A program made the position numbers and the translations under genes. Shown here piece after piece: positions 39,101 to 51,100 of a stretch of 64,000 bases of DNA (positions are counted from its first letter, which is position 1; the number at the start of each line of letters is the position of its first letter). Under the pieces are notes generated by a model. It saw only the letters and a program-made list of their open reading frames with translations. It searched no databases and had not been told where the DNA came from. The DNA comes from Haplodiscus bocki (Eukaryota): contig OZ296649.1 in the NCBI GenBank assembly GCA_965655095.1, positions 83,824,001 to 83,888,000 of the forward strand. The letters run 5' to 3'.

Positions 39101-42100
39101 AGTTCAAATTGACAAAAAAAGAACATAAAAAAACTCAATTAATTTTTTTCGCAGAAAAAACTCAGAGAAACAGTCGCACCGAAACAAAAAACTACTATCT
39201 CATTAACAAGAGACATTGATTAAAAGTTGATTCATTGATTGATTTGCAGCTATAGAAAAACTAGTAGGCTGAAGCACTGGGTGCCAATATAATGAGATAA
39301 ATTCTGAAGACCAAAAATTGACGGAAGATGTTGACAAGAGCTCGGTTTTCAAGGTCTGGTCGCAAAATAAACCAATCGGAAAACTTCGTCACCGCATTTA
39401 ATATCAACTATCTGATAGATTGGAGTTTTCCTGTTAAAAATGTTCAAAATTAAAAAAAGCTGAACAACTAGGTACCAAAATGAAAAATTTCATATTCGGA
39501 AAAGTCTGAAAAAAAGCTCGTTTTTCAATAATCCTTCGCACGAAAAAAAGATCGAAAAAGTGTCCGACCGGAACTGAAATTTCGTATAAAATAATCAAAA
39601 AAACTAAATGTGAAAATCTTCTAAGATTGAAGCAAAAATGAGCCTTACAGGCCAAAACAAATGACATATAAAACGCCATTATTGTCAAAGTAGTTGAAAA
39701 TAGCCCGAGTTTTGAATTCAATTCGAAAAATCAATCGGAAAAGTCGAACGGCAACCAAAAAAAAGTGTGTGAAAAAAAGAGTCTCCCCAGTATACCTTTG
39801 CAAAAATAACGCAACTTGGAATCCTGCGTGATGGAAAATATGGCTAATAAAATGACAAGTTGACAAAACTAACTTGATTTGAAAGTTTCTTTCGCAGAAA
39901 AAACGAAAAAATATCAGAGGAGCGAAATTTAGTGTGTTATAGAACAGAGTCTCCTCGATGAGCCTGTGTAAAATTCAGGCAAATTCAATCCCTAAAGGTG
40001 GATATGAACGACCCGTAATAAGAAAACTCCGGTCAAATTGGCCGAAATTAGCTCGGTTTTCAAGTTTCTATCGCAAACAAAACGATCGAAAATTGTCGGA
40101 CTGCAACCAATTAGTTTGCAATAAAACAGTTTCCTCGTTCAACCTGTGCCACAACCAGGAAATTTGGAGCCCCACTTCAGGAAACAAATGACTGGTAGTA
40201 CAAAATTAGTGACCAGGTCGAGAAAATTAGATCGTTTTTCAAGGTTCTTCCGCAGAAAAAAACAACGCAAAAACGTCAGAACACAATCGAACTTTACTGC
40301 GTGATACAACAGAGTTTTTCCGTGCTCCGCCTGAGCCACATGCCACATTCAGGCAATTTCGAGCCCTACATGCGGAAATGAAGGACCAATAACAGGACAA
40401 CTTTGGCCAAAAAATTGTTCCGTTTCCAAAAAACATTAGATCGCAACCAGAAATACCAGACTTTGAAACAGAATATTTCAACAGTGTTGTCATGATTGTA
40501 ATGTACCTGTCCAGAGGAACATTTCGAGGAAAAACTTCTTCTTACAAATTTATAACTTCAAAGCGAAAATATTCCAGAACTTCGGCGAAAAATTTTCGGC
40601 CGTCTTGTCAACACTTCATTCCACGAGTCCAAATTTTCATAAATTACATATTCACCATTTTTTAGCGTATATAACGCCTCAGTATAGTCAAAACTGCATT
40701 CTAGGAGTTCATAGAAACATTTTGGGTTTTTCTTGAACAAAAAACATGTTCAAGTTTACTCCGAATTGGTAAATTCCGGAGAAAAAAATCAACCCACGGG
40801 AAAGAAATTATCTTCATGATATCTTACGACAGAAACTTAAAGGTGTTTCACACTTGGGCAGGCAGTGTTGTATCGCAGTAGTGCTTTAGAAAAACATACA
40901 TTTTGAAAATTGACAAGATAACAATAACAATTGTAATATTCGACATTTTCGGCCGATCATGATAAATGTAGATTTGGCAAAAATCAAAGAATTTCCATTG
41001 GAAGACAAATCTACAGACAAAAAACTAACAATTGTTAGTTTGATGGAGGAAATAAAGCCAACAGTTCTGGATGAAGGAAAAATTGAAAAAAGTGATATGT
41101 CGAAATGATTATCATCTTTTTGCACTTTTTGACTATCAGGATTCCGATGCAAAGACCAAGATCCATTAATTTACCATTGAATAGTCGTCCTAAAGTAGAG
41201 ATGTATTGCTTGAGCCCCTGATGGGAGAATTGAACCTAGTACTTGTGGAGACATGGTTTCGAAAACTTCGATGGAATCATTGATAAAAACTTTGGCCCGT
41301 AACGATTCGGAAGCAAAGAAAAAGCCTACGCAATATGAGCTTAGTGCTTCTTGCGGCAAGAGATTCCTGAAAAACAAAGAAATAGTACCATTAAAATGAA
41401 AAAGAAACATCGGTGCTTCACGCATTTGACAAAATCCTGAGCTTTTGGAAACTATTCAAAATCGATCGATTTTAATTTTTTTATTGGAAAAAACATATCA
41501 AAAAACGATCTGATTGCAATTTAAACATACTATGCGATACACTGGAGTGTCTTGTCTTTGCAATGCCAAAGCGGTCTCCCTTTCAGTCCTTGCTTCCAGG
41601 CAAAAGGACTGAAGATTCAAGAAACATTTGAATGGCCAATAAATCACAGTCTGGAAGCATCTTTCCTTAAAACTATATTGGAAAACATCGTTGAAAATAT
41701 ATTGAAACAAGTCTTGAGTTAGAAGTATTATGTAAATATTTGCAGCCTCCTTTTTACGTCAGTCGAAATATTTGATAGTTTTCAGACGTAACTGCCCCGG
41801 CATAATGAAAGTAGTCAAAAATATCGAAACCAGCTCGCTTATCAAGTTCTACCGCCAAAAAACCCAGCAAAAAAAATTCCAAGCTACACCACAAATCATA
41901 AGACAGAACACTGGAATCATTTTGAAAAGCTAATAGAGAATCTGGGCAGTTTTTACGCGTCCTTATTGAGACATATTACTAAAACTTACGAAAACAGATC
42001 AAAATGTTGAAAAACGCTTGAATTTCAAGATTGTCTCGCTGAGAAACCGATCGAAAAAACTGTAAAACTGTATTTATAACCGTAACCAAACTATAACAGA

Positions 42101-45100
42101 CAACTGGCTGCCTTATTTCAATCCTGCGCAAAGTACGGATTCTTCTGGGGAGTATTTCAAGTATATAAGACTTCAAATTGACAAAGATTTCGCTTCTAAA
42201 AATCTCGACTTAAAAACATTTTCAAAAACTTATCGAGAAACAACGACAACGAAACAAAAACGACAACCCTCAAAATCGCACTTTGGTTGAAGCTAAACGA
42301 AATTCAAAGTGAGTTAAAGACTTAGCTGCCAAAATATAAGATTTCAAAATGACAAATACTTTCGGAACACAAAAAGCAGCACGATTTTCAAGACTCCTTC
42401 GCATAAAAGACGAGAGAAAAGAAATTAGCTTTAGCGACCAAAAAGTAGTTGATTTAGAATTCAATACCTCTTTCCATGCCATGGCAAACCAAAGGTTTAT
42501 CGAACTTTCCTGCACTAAAAAGGAATAAAACGACGGAAAATATTGAAAAACGCCCGATTTCCAAGATCTATTCGAAAAAAAGTTCGAAAAAATTCGTCAT
42601 CACAATTTGAAAAACTATCTCATAGAGTTGAATTTTATTGCAATGGTTGTCCAAAACTAAATTAAGTTGGCGACGTACGTGCCTCAACAAGCGATTTGAA
42701 ACGATTATAAAAATCTTCGAAATACACTAAAAAAAAAGAATTTCAAGTTTCTTTCGCAGAAAGAAAACAGGAAAATTGTCCGTAACCAAAACATACTGTG
42801 ATAGAAAAGAAACTGTTGTTAGATCTGTGCGGAATTCAGGCAATGCTGGGCCCTACAAGAGGAAACTGAATTATTATGACAAATATCGTCAAAAATGCCA
42901 AAATCGATTTTCAAGTTTCTTTCGCGAAAAAAACCTCCAGAAAACGTCGTCCAAAATCTAAAAATACTGCGCGATAGAACGGAGTCGTCTCAATAATTCT
43001 CGCAAAAATGGTACAATTTGGAGCCCGAACTGCGGAAATAAACGACCTAGAAAAGAACTTTGGTAGAATTGGCAAGAATAGACTCGGTTTTCAACTTTCT
43101 ATCACAAAGAAAACCATCCAAAAGTTATCGGAGTGCAACCAAGAAATAGTAAATGACAGAATGGAGTGTTGTTTCTGCGAAACGTTTCTGCGGAAGTCAG
43201 AGAATCTGTCAAACAGGCGAAATATTTAGCTTTGAACAAAAAAAATGAAAAGAAGTGGAATGAAAAAATCCTCTGGATTTCCGGTGTGGGAGGTTTCACT
43301 TCGCTTTCATTGAAAAGGATGCGTTCCTGGAAAATTGGACTCCAGCAAAAATTGTTTGTTGAAATCTTTGCAGGAGAAAGGAATCAAGTTGTTTTCAAAA
43401 TGATGAAATTGAATGCCGATATATGTTTCTGGAGCATTTTTGCAGATTCCGAGTATCAGGATTCCAAGGGAAAGTGACAATTTTAAAACGTCATGGTCCT
43501 AGACAAGTACAAAACTGCTGATTAAGAACTTGATGTCTGAAGCCAAGCCAAAGTTATTGGGAAATATCGAAATGAACATTAAGATATGTCATAATTAAAA
43601 GCGATGTTTTCCGTTTTTGCAATATCAGGATACCGACTGAAGAGAAAAACAATTATTGTTCTCTTGAAAAACTTTTCCCAAGCAAGGAATTGTCGATTGA
43701 ACCTTTGATTCTAGAAGTCAAGCTGGTAGCTTTGGATAGCCTGAAAATCGGGATTCATAGCATTCCTGACATTTTCGGCTTCACAGGATTCGGACTCAAA
43801 GAAAAACATTGATCATTTTTCTTTCGAAAAGTTTTCTTATGAAGTAAAAAGTTGTTGACTGAGACTCTGATAAAAATATAGAACCATGTAATTATGACGG
43901 AAAGTGGGTTTCAACATTCAACAACATCAATGCTTAGGTTATTGACTCAGTAAAATTCTGGGAAAACTTTTTTTTAGAAAACATACATAAAGTTTTTCGG
44001 ACTTTCTGCGAAAGAGTTTCGGAATTTCGGCAACAATTTTTCGGGAGGGTTGCCAAAACTGCATTCTACTTGTCCAGAGGAACATTTTTCGGGGAAAAAA
44101 CTATGAAGTTATAGAAATTTTCGGACTTGGAGCGAAAAATCTTCAGACTTTTAGCGGAAAGTTTTCAGCAGGGTAGTCAAAAATGCATTGTACATGTCCG
44201 GAGGAGCGTTCTGGGTTCACTGCGAATCAGCAAATTCCGGAGAAAAAATTAACCAACAAAGAGAATGATTTTCTTTCGTAATATATTACGACGGAAAATG
44301 ATAACGAAGATGGCGAAAACTCTTTTAGACTACCTTCGTCCTTTTCCTTATCGGTTCACGTGCGAGACGCGAGAGATCATACTCAGCAAGCTCAAGCGGC
44401 AAGCTGCATGCAGTGTTCAATTTGAGCGTTGTTCAAGGTCGGAAGTAGTCGAACCCTATCAGCGTTTATGACATTTGCTATCGCACGTATTCAACCTCGT
44501 AGTTTTGGAGAAAACGAATTTAGAGATGATACATTATAGTTGGATACCCCTTTAGGCATTTTAGGTCTTTTGGGGTTCCGATTGGAGCAACAAAACTGAA
44601 CGCCCCGACTATCGATAACGTTCTGCTAATCAGAAGTATTTAATTGCGACCTGGATGTAAAAAATCCGGCGCCTAGTATTGGAGGAAAATGAATACTAAT
44701 TGAATTTTGCAGAATTTTTGATCTAAAAGGAATCAACAAAATGTTCCGGCAAAGATTTTTTGAAATGATGTTTCCGTTACAAAATGAGCTCAGTTGTTAG
44801 TAGTCAAAAGTTATGCCAAATTTTTTTTACTGATTATAATCAGAAAGTTTTCATTTTCAACTTCACCAAAAATTTTCGGGAATATTCGCATCTCAAATCG
44901 GACTGACTGTTTGATAATGCTCAAAAATGTTAAATTGGGAAGATTTAGCAAAAAACGTCATGGAAAAAACAATATAACTTTCTGGTGTAAATAAACTATA
45001 TATTTAAACTAGAAGTTGATAAATACGCGAAATATGTTCCGAAAAGTCTGGTAGTAGTGGGGATCCAACCCGGACTTTCGTAGTCCTAACATTGGACCAC

Positions 45101-48100
45101 TAGTTCAAAGTTGCAAGATTTGACGTCAAGAAAGTAAGCAAAATTTACCAAAAAGTAACGCCGAATTGGCAATTAGGCGGAGAAAAAGTCCACCGACGGA
45201 GTTAATAGGACGGAAAATAATAAATTTGCCTCTAGTTAGTTAATATTTAGAGCACCCAGCTATGTTACCTAGAGCTGGCTCGAACAAATGGATAGCTTTG
45301 GCGAACAAATGAACAAGCTGTTACAAATACAAATGCCACAGTTTCGCAACGAACGTCTGAAAAACAGGAAAAGGACAGTAGGTGTCCCAACAATATAGAA
45401 AGCCTTCGGCTTTGGCATTAAAACCCTCGGTCTAAACTGAGAAATTTTCAAAAATTAACGAAGACAGCCGATAGAAAGTAATTGGCTCAAATTATCCTTC
45501 TATTAAGTAATTTTCACATATTTCTGTCATATAATTTTCAAATTATGTAACTTTGTTTACCGGGGAGAAGCTGAGTTTGAGATGTTGAAGCACGTAGATA
45601 ATAGAGTTTATATTCACATCGTCAGACGGTCAGAAAATGTATATCACTGAGAGTGAATCAAACAATGCTCTTTGGTTCAGAAGATTCGAAGCTTCGGCTC
45701 ATAATTTTACTTTAATTTTAGCATATGATTTGACATGTCAATTCCGAAGTCTTTAAATTAACACTGATTGAAAGTTATTGAAATACCTCCAGTTCAACGT
45801 TGCAGCTCTCTCCGTCGTACACTCTGGGGTCATCTGAAGCGAGGACTTGGAGTACCACTTTACTAGTCAGTCTTTCGTTTATTAGTCTGAAGTCAGACAA
45901 CATGTGCAACACATCACGAGCATTCACAGTCATATCATTCGGGAAATTCTTCGGTTGAACCTGAAAAGAGAACTCTTTTACTTTGTTCACTAAAATAAAA
46001 AGGCCACGAAAGACGGCATTACGAAAAAATTAGAAAAACACTGGCAGAATATGCAGAAAATCAGTTTGTTATTCGGCCTTATATATGGCATATTAACATT
46101 TCCTGAAATAAGCGAGCGTAACTCTATTTTCACTTCCAAATGTGCAACTTGAAAATCGCCCTTTAGTTGGGAACAAGCCGGTACGGCCCAATTCGGCGCC
46201 GCTCATACGGTCAAAATATCAATGGGGATCTCTTTTTTTGGTATCAGAAAATTTGACGATCCATGGGTTCATTATAAAAAATGATCATAAGTAATTCATG
46301 GGGGGGGATGCGGTTGTTGAAAAACTTAGACGTTTTTTATTGAAAAAATGATACTTACCAATTGTCGCCCCCCATCTATGGCTTTAAAACTTTTTGTCAT
46401 ACCCTCTAGACCAACCTGCCAGGGTAGCAGAAAAATATGTGGATGCTAAAACCATAAAAACACAGAAAACAAAAAAATCCTACAATTAGATGATTTTTCC
46501 CCAGCTCCGACGTTTTTCCGAATTTTTTTTGGAGTTACATAGTGTCAAACCCGTATATATGACTTGAGGACACCTTGTCCTACCTTCTAGACCACTGGGG
46601 CCTTCTAGAGTACTGTCACTTTAGGTTGGGAGAGTAGAAGAATTTTTTGTAGAAATTCGTCGATTTCAAGGTCTTAAAAAACAAAAGCCAGTCTAATAAT
46701 CGTGCATTTTTTCCTTAAAGCGCCGACTAAAAACGCAGGAAATTGATCCATTTTCGATTTATATGTTTAAATAAGGACTCGAAAAGAAAATAAGGTAGTA
46801 GAACAAATAGGATAAGAACAAATAATAGGATATCAAAAGTCGTCAACTTGCTGCAATTGCCTTTAATGATCTTACAAACAAACTTGTGAAGAAAATATTA
46901 ATTGCAAAGATAATAAACAAAAAGTAGAGGAAGGAGACCAATAGACTTCAATTTGCACCAAGCGATTGGTTCATTGTAGAAAACAAGATGAACGAATCTC
47001 ATCAATTCCAATACGATTGAAGATTTTCTTTTTACCATCAACTTTCAGCACAGCAAAAAACTTAGCAATCCCATCAAACTACCTTCACTTTTGAATTCTT
47101 AATAGCCTTTCAACAAGCTCAATGCAAAAAGTACGCCGTGGAATGGATTTTGAGAAGAGCTAAAATCCAAATCTCATTAGCGGCCCCAATTGGGGAATTT
47201 TTGAACCTAATTGAAAGTATGAGATAGGCTTTGAGTAAGCACATGACTTTTCCGCGCAATAATAAAGCGCGAAATATCTTCTAATGCATTTTAAACAGCA
47301 TATAGAAAGTTTGAAAATAGTAAGCTGTAAATAGAACAATGTGTGGAACGAAAAAGTTTTTCTCATTGTGCTGCAATTCACAAAGAAAAACCAAAAAACT
47401 ATGAAATGAAATATGTTCGAAATACACATACAGTACTGGACATAAAATCAAACCTTTAATGGCTTGCAAATGAACATGTAGAGATCGCACACTTTGTCTA
47501 AGTACTCCATGGCAATTTTAGCTTTATTCCTATCGGCCAACAAAGAGCCCTTCACTTTGCATGCATGCTTCTTCACATTGATCTCTATGAACTTCGACAA
47601 GCATGATGTCATCACGTTTTTCTCATTTCTGAAGCAGAATTAATTGAGCTAATCAGCAGCATTTACCTCCCCGTATTACTCCGAAGGGGCTACTCACCAA
47701 CCTGCACTCATTGTAGAAAATGTTGAAGGATATCACAACGAGGCTATTGACAAAATCGAGAAAGAGGAATTTGGAACTTGGCAGATGAGGCGAGTTCTGC
47801 CCATCGGCAGTCTCTTCAGCCATTAAGGCAGGTAAAAACGCAGCTAAAACAATTATCTCTTGGGTTATGATGCTAAATTTAGTTGCAGAAAAACCTGCAT
47901 GGTGTTTCTGAATAGCGGAGTAAAAAATGGTTCATTCTATTTACTATAATAGCACATCGAAAACAGCACTACTTGAACAGTTAAATAAGAGGCACAGCAC
48001 CGCTGCGATATTTTCCGTAGAAAGGAGCGCAATATTGATTGATCGAAAATTCACATAACTGTGTTACCGAAACCAGCTGTAACACGATTTTGAAAGTAAG

Positions 48101-51100
48101 AGTCTGCAATTGTTTTCTTGAGGAACAGGTTTTCGTTGCGAGTAACAAAACTATTTTTTATTCATTTTATTCATAATAACATTCTCGATACAACTGTTGA
48201 CGGGAAACCTTGATAGAAGAAATACAGCCGGTCAGTTCGGAAAAAATGAGCTTGAACATTGAGAAAAATCATCAACACAGGGGCGAGGCGGAACTACGCA
48301 ACATATATTAACTTGTCAGTTAAGAACAAGGATAAAGTTTACACATCAAAAGTCCTGAGAGACATTTGAACCTTGACCCGATACATGATTGACAATTATA
48401 GAAATACTGCCCCAGATGTCTATCAAAAGGTCGTTCGAAAAATTCGAATTGTGACACGTCCTTTTCACGGTGTCTAATACTCGAAAAGTTGATTTGTCAA
48501 TCATGTCTTTTTAGATTTTCCATTTTGCAGCCGAATGGTTAAAAAAATACACATTAAACAACGCAAAACGAATAATACTAGGTCTCTCCAAAAAACGGTA
48601 CATATAAACATATGAGAAATAGCCCAGAAAATGGCTAATATTAGTCAACAAAACGTCAAAACCACCTCAGAAACTTCTTCTCTCACTTGTCAATCATGAG
48701 GCCTTGTGACTCTTAGTTGTAACATCAAAATGGTTGCATAATTTCGGTCAAATAAGTCCAAACAACTTTCGTCATAAGAACCTAAAGTGATCATTTTACA
48801 ATTTGAGATTCAGTAGTGTCGATTTTGATGATGGACAGGCGGTATGTGTTGACTTAGAGAAATTCCCATGTCTTGTTTACTAAAAATAACTATTTTGAGA
48901 GATCGAAACTTTTAAATGTAACAGTAGTTTGACCACTAATAGAATTTACCGCTACCGCTAATTCACGTCACAACTATCATTAGCTACCGCTACTACTTTT
49001 TGAGCTTCTCTTGATTAAAATGAATGATTTTGGAGAAATCTCTTCAAATTTTACACGGATTTCAGCAAAGTCAAGGACCTACAATCATCGAGCAGTTCAG
49101 ATGTTCAATTGGGGTTTCAAGTCATTGCCTTGACCAATATTGCACGAAAAAGTGGTTGTGTGAAATATCCCGTTGTCTGAAAATATATCCCGTTAAGAAT
49201 AGCGGTTCGATCCATCCAACTCGCTACCGCTTTGGATTAATAGCGGTAGCTGAAGCAAATTTCCGCTTAGCGGTCAAACCACAAACATGTAATGTCTTTT
49301 TGGGGACACCTTACACATTGCCCACACAGTCTTATTCAGAGCGTTGTTATCTGAAACATTACATTTTAGAACGCTGTTGTTCATTTTTCAGACCAATGTT
49401 CAAAAATTTTGCACATTTCAAAACGCGAAAATAAACTAGTACCTGCTAACATGTTTCAAAAGGGCCCTTTTTGAATGTTTACACTTTAAATAAGACTAGA
49501 TTATTATTTTACTTATTATTAAATAGTGTTATTATTATTATTATTTGTTTTTCAGTTGAAATGTTTGGGGCAGCCGTGGTGGCCCCCATCTAGAAATGAG
49601 ATACCATCTCTTCAGATCCTCACCGAAGAAGTCTCTCTTCATTGCGGATTCTCAAACAAGAGATTTGGAATTCCCCAACATAAATATCTTGACTTTACCT
49701 GGAGCCAAAGTCAACGACGTGCAGAGGTTCATCCCACCGAAAGGCAAATACGAACTCATCGCCATATTTGTCGCTGGAAACGACTTGTACAACTACTGTC
49801 TCCCTTCCGAGTCATCAGTTGAGCAGGTTGCCGAGCGAATTTGTGCCCTAGCTGACCAGCTGTTCCTGGTAACTGAAAGTGTGTTTGTCTTAGCTGTTCC
49901 CCCCCCCCCCCGCGCTTTCCAACCAGAAGGCAGATTAGAGCCTACGGACTCACTGACGAGCAACTTCAACGCCACACGCAGGTCAACAAAATCCTGGGTG
50001 AACGGTCGCTGAAGTCCAAGTGGGGCTATCGAGGCATCTCCCAGCACGTTTACTGTGAAAGTCACGTGTCGGAGTGGGACCATTATCACTTGAATTCAAT
50101 TGCACTCAGTGGAATCAAGACAGTCCTCAAAAACCGTGTTCTTTACAGAAAACGATATTCCAAGAAATTGGCCAAAAAACAGCACCTCGCCTTCTACGAG
50201 TGTCAAAGCTACGAGAAGTGCAAGTGCGGATCCTTCAGGGAATAGTATTCCATAGGTTCCTTTCACAGGATCCACGGTAATACTACCCCTACAAAACCCA
50301 GTGGATAGTTTTCCATAGGTTCCTTTTACAGGATCCACGGAAATACTATCTCTGTACACACTGCTGACCTCAAAAATCAAGTTGGGTTGCATAGGTTTCT
50401 TTTACAGAATCCATCGTAACATCAGCTTGAGAAAAGTTTGCCAATAAGCAAACGGTTGTTACGCTTAGTGAACCAGACCCTGAAATTCACTGTTTTACTT
50501 GTTGAATCCAACTCTTAAACAACTTATTGACAACAAAGCCAATTCCCCATCAACCATGCTCGAAAACCGTTTTACTTGTACCCACAGGATTGGAAAAGGA
50601 GAGAAATTCTGCTGTGTTTACTGCGACAGAGTCCTCCACTTCACTCCTGAATGCACTGGCTTCCCTGAACAAAGCATCCAAGTCCTGATCGAGCTGAAGC
50701 ACAACCTACTACATGTCTGCAACGATTGCACGCACAAGAAAACGAACAGTGAGCCCCTGGAGGAAAAGGAAAAGCAACAGATGCAAATGAACTTCGATGA
50801 CATCAACAAAAAAATTTCCGATTGCTCTGAGAACGTTCTGAAATCGTTCAAGATCATGGAGGAAATGCAAAAAGAAATAAACAGTCTCAAAACAAAAGCG
50901 GCGTATTCTATTCTGCTGTAGTTGGCAACGCTACTGCAGGCAAACGTGTAGATGTTCCTGTTCTGGAGACCAAAAGGCTTGGAATACGAGTTAAAGGGAT
51001 TCCGGAAGCTGAAAACGAGAACGCCGACAAACGTCTTGCAACAGATCGGACGGAAATCAATTCACTCGTGCATTACTTGGGAGTTGAGAGCAAGATCACC

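Noticed and set aside
46178-46760. Possible DNA transposon with GGCGCC-rich ends
   Set aside because: No convincing TIR pair or TSD could be established by eye.
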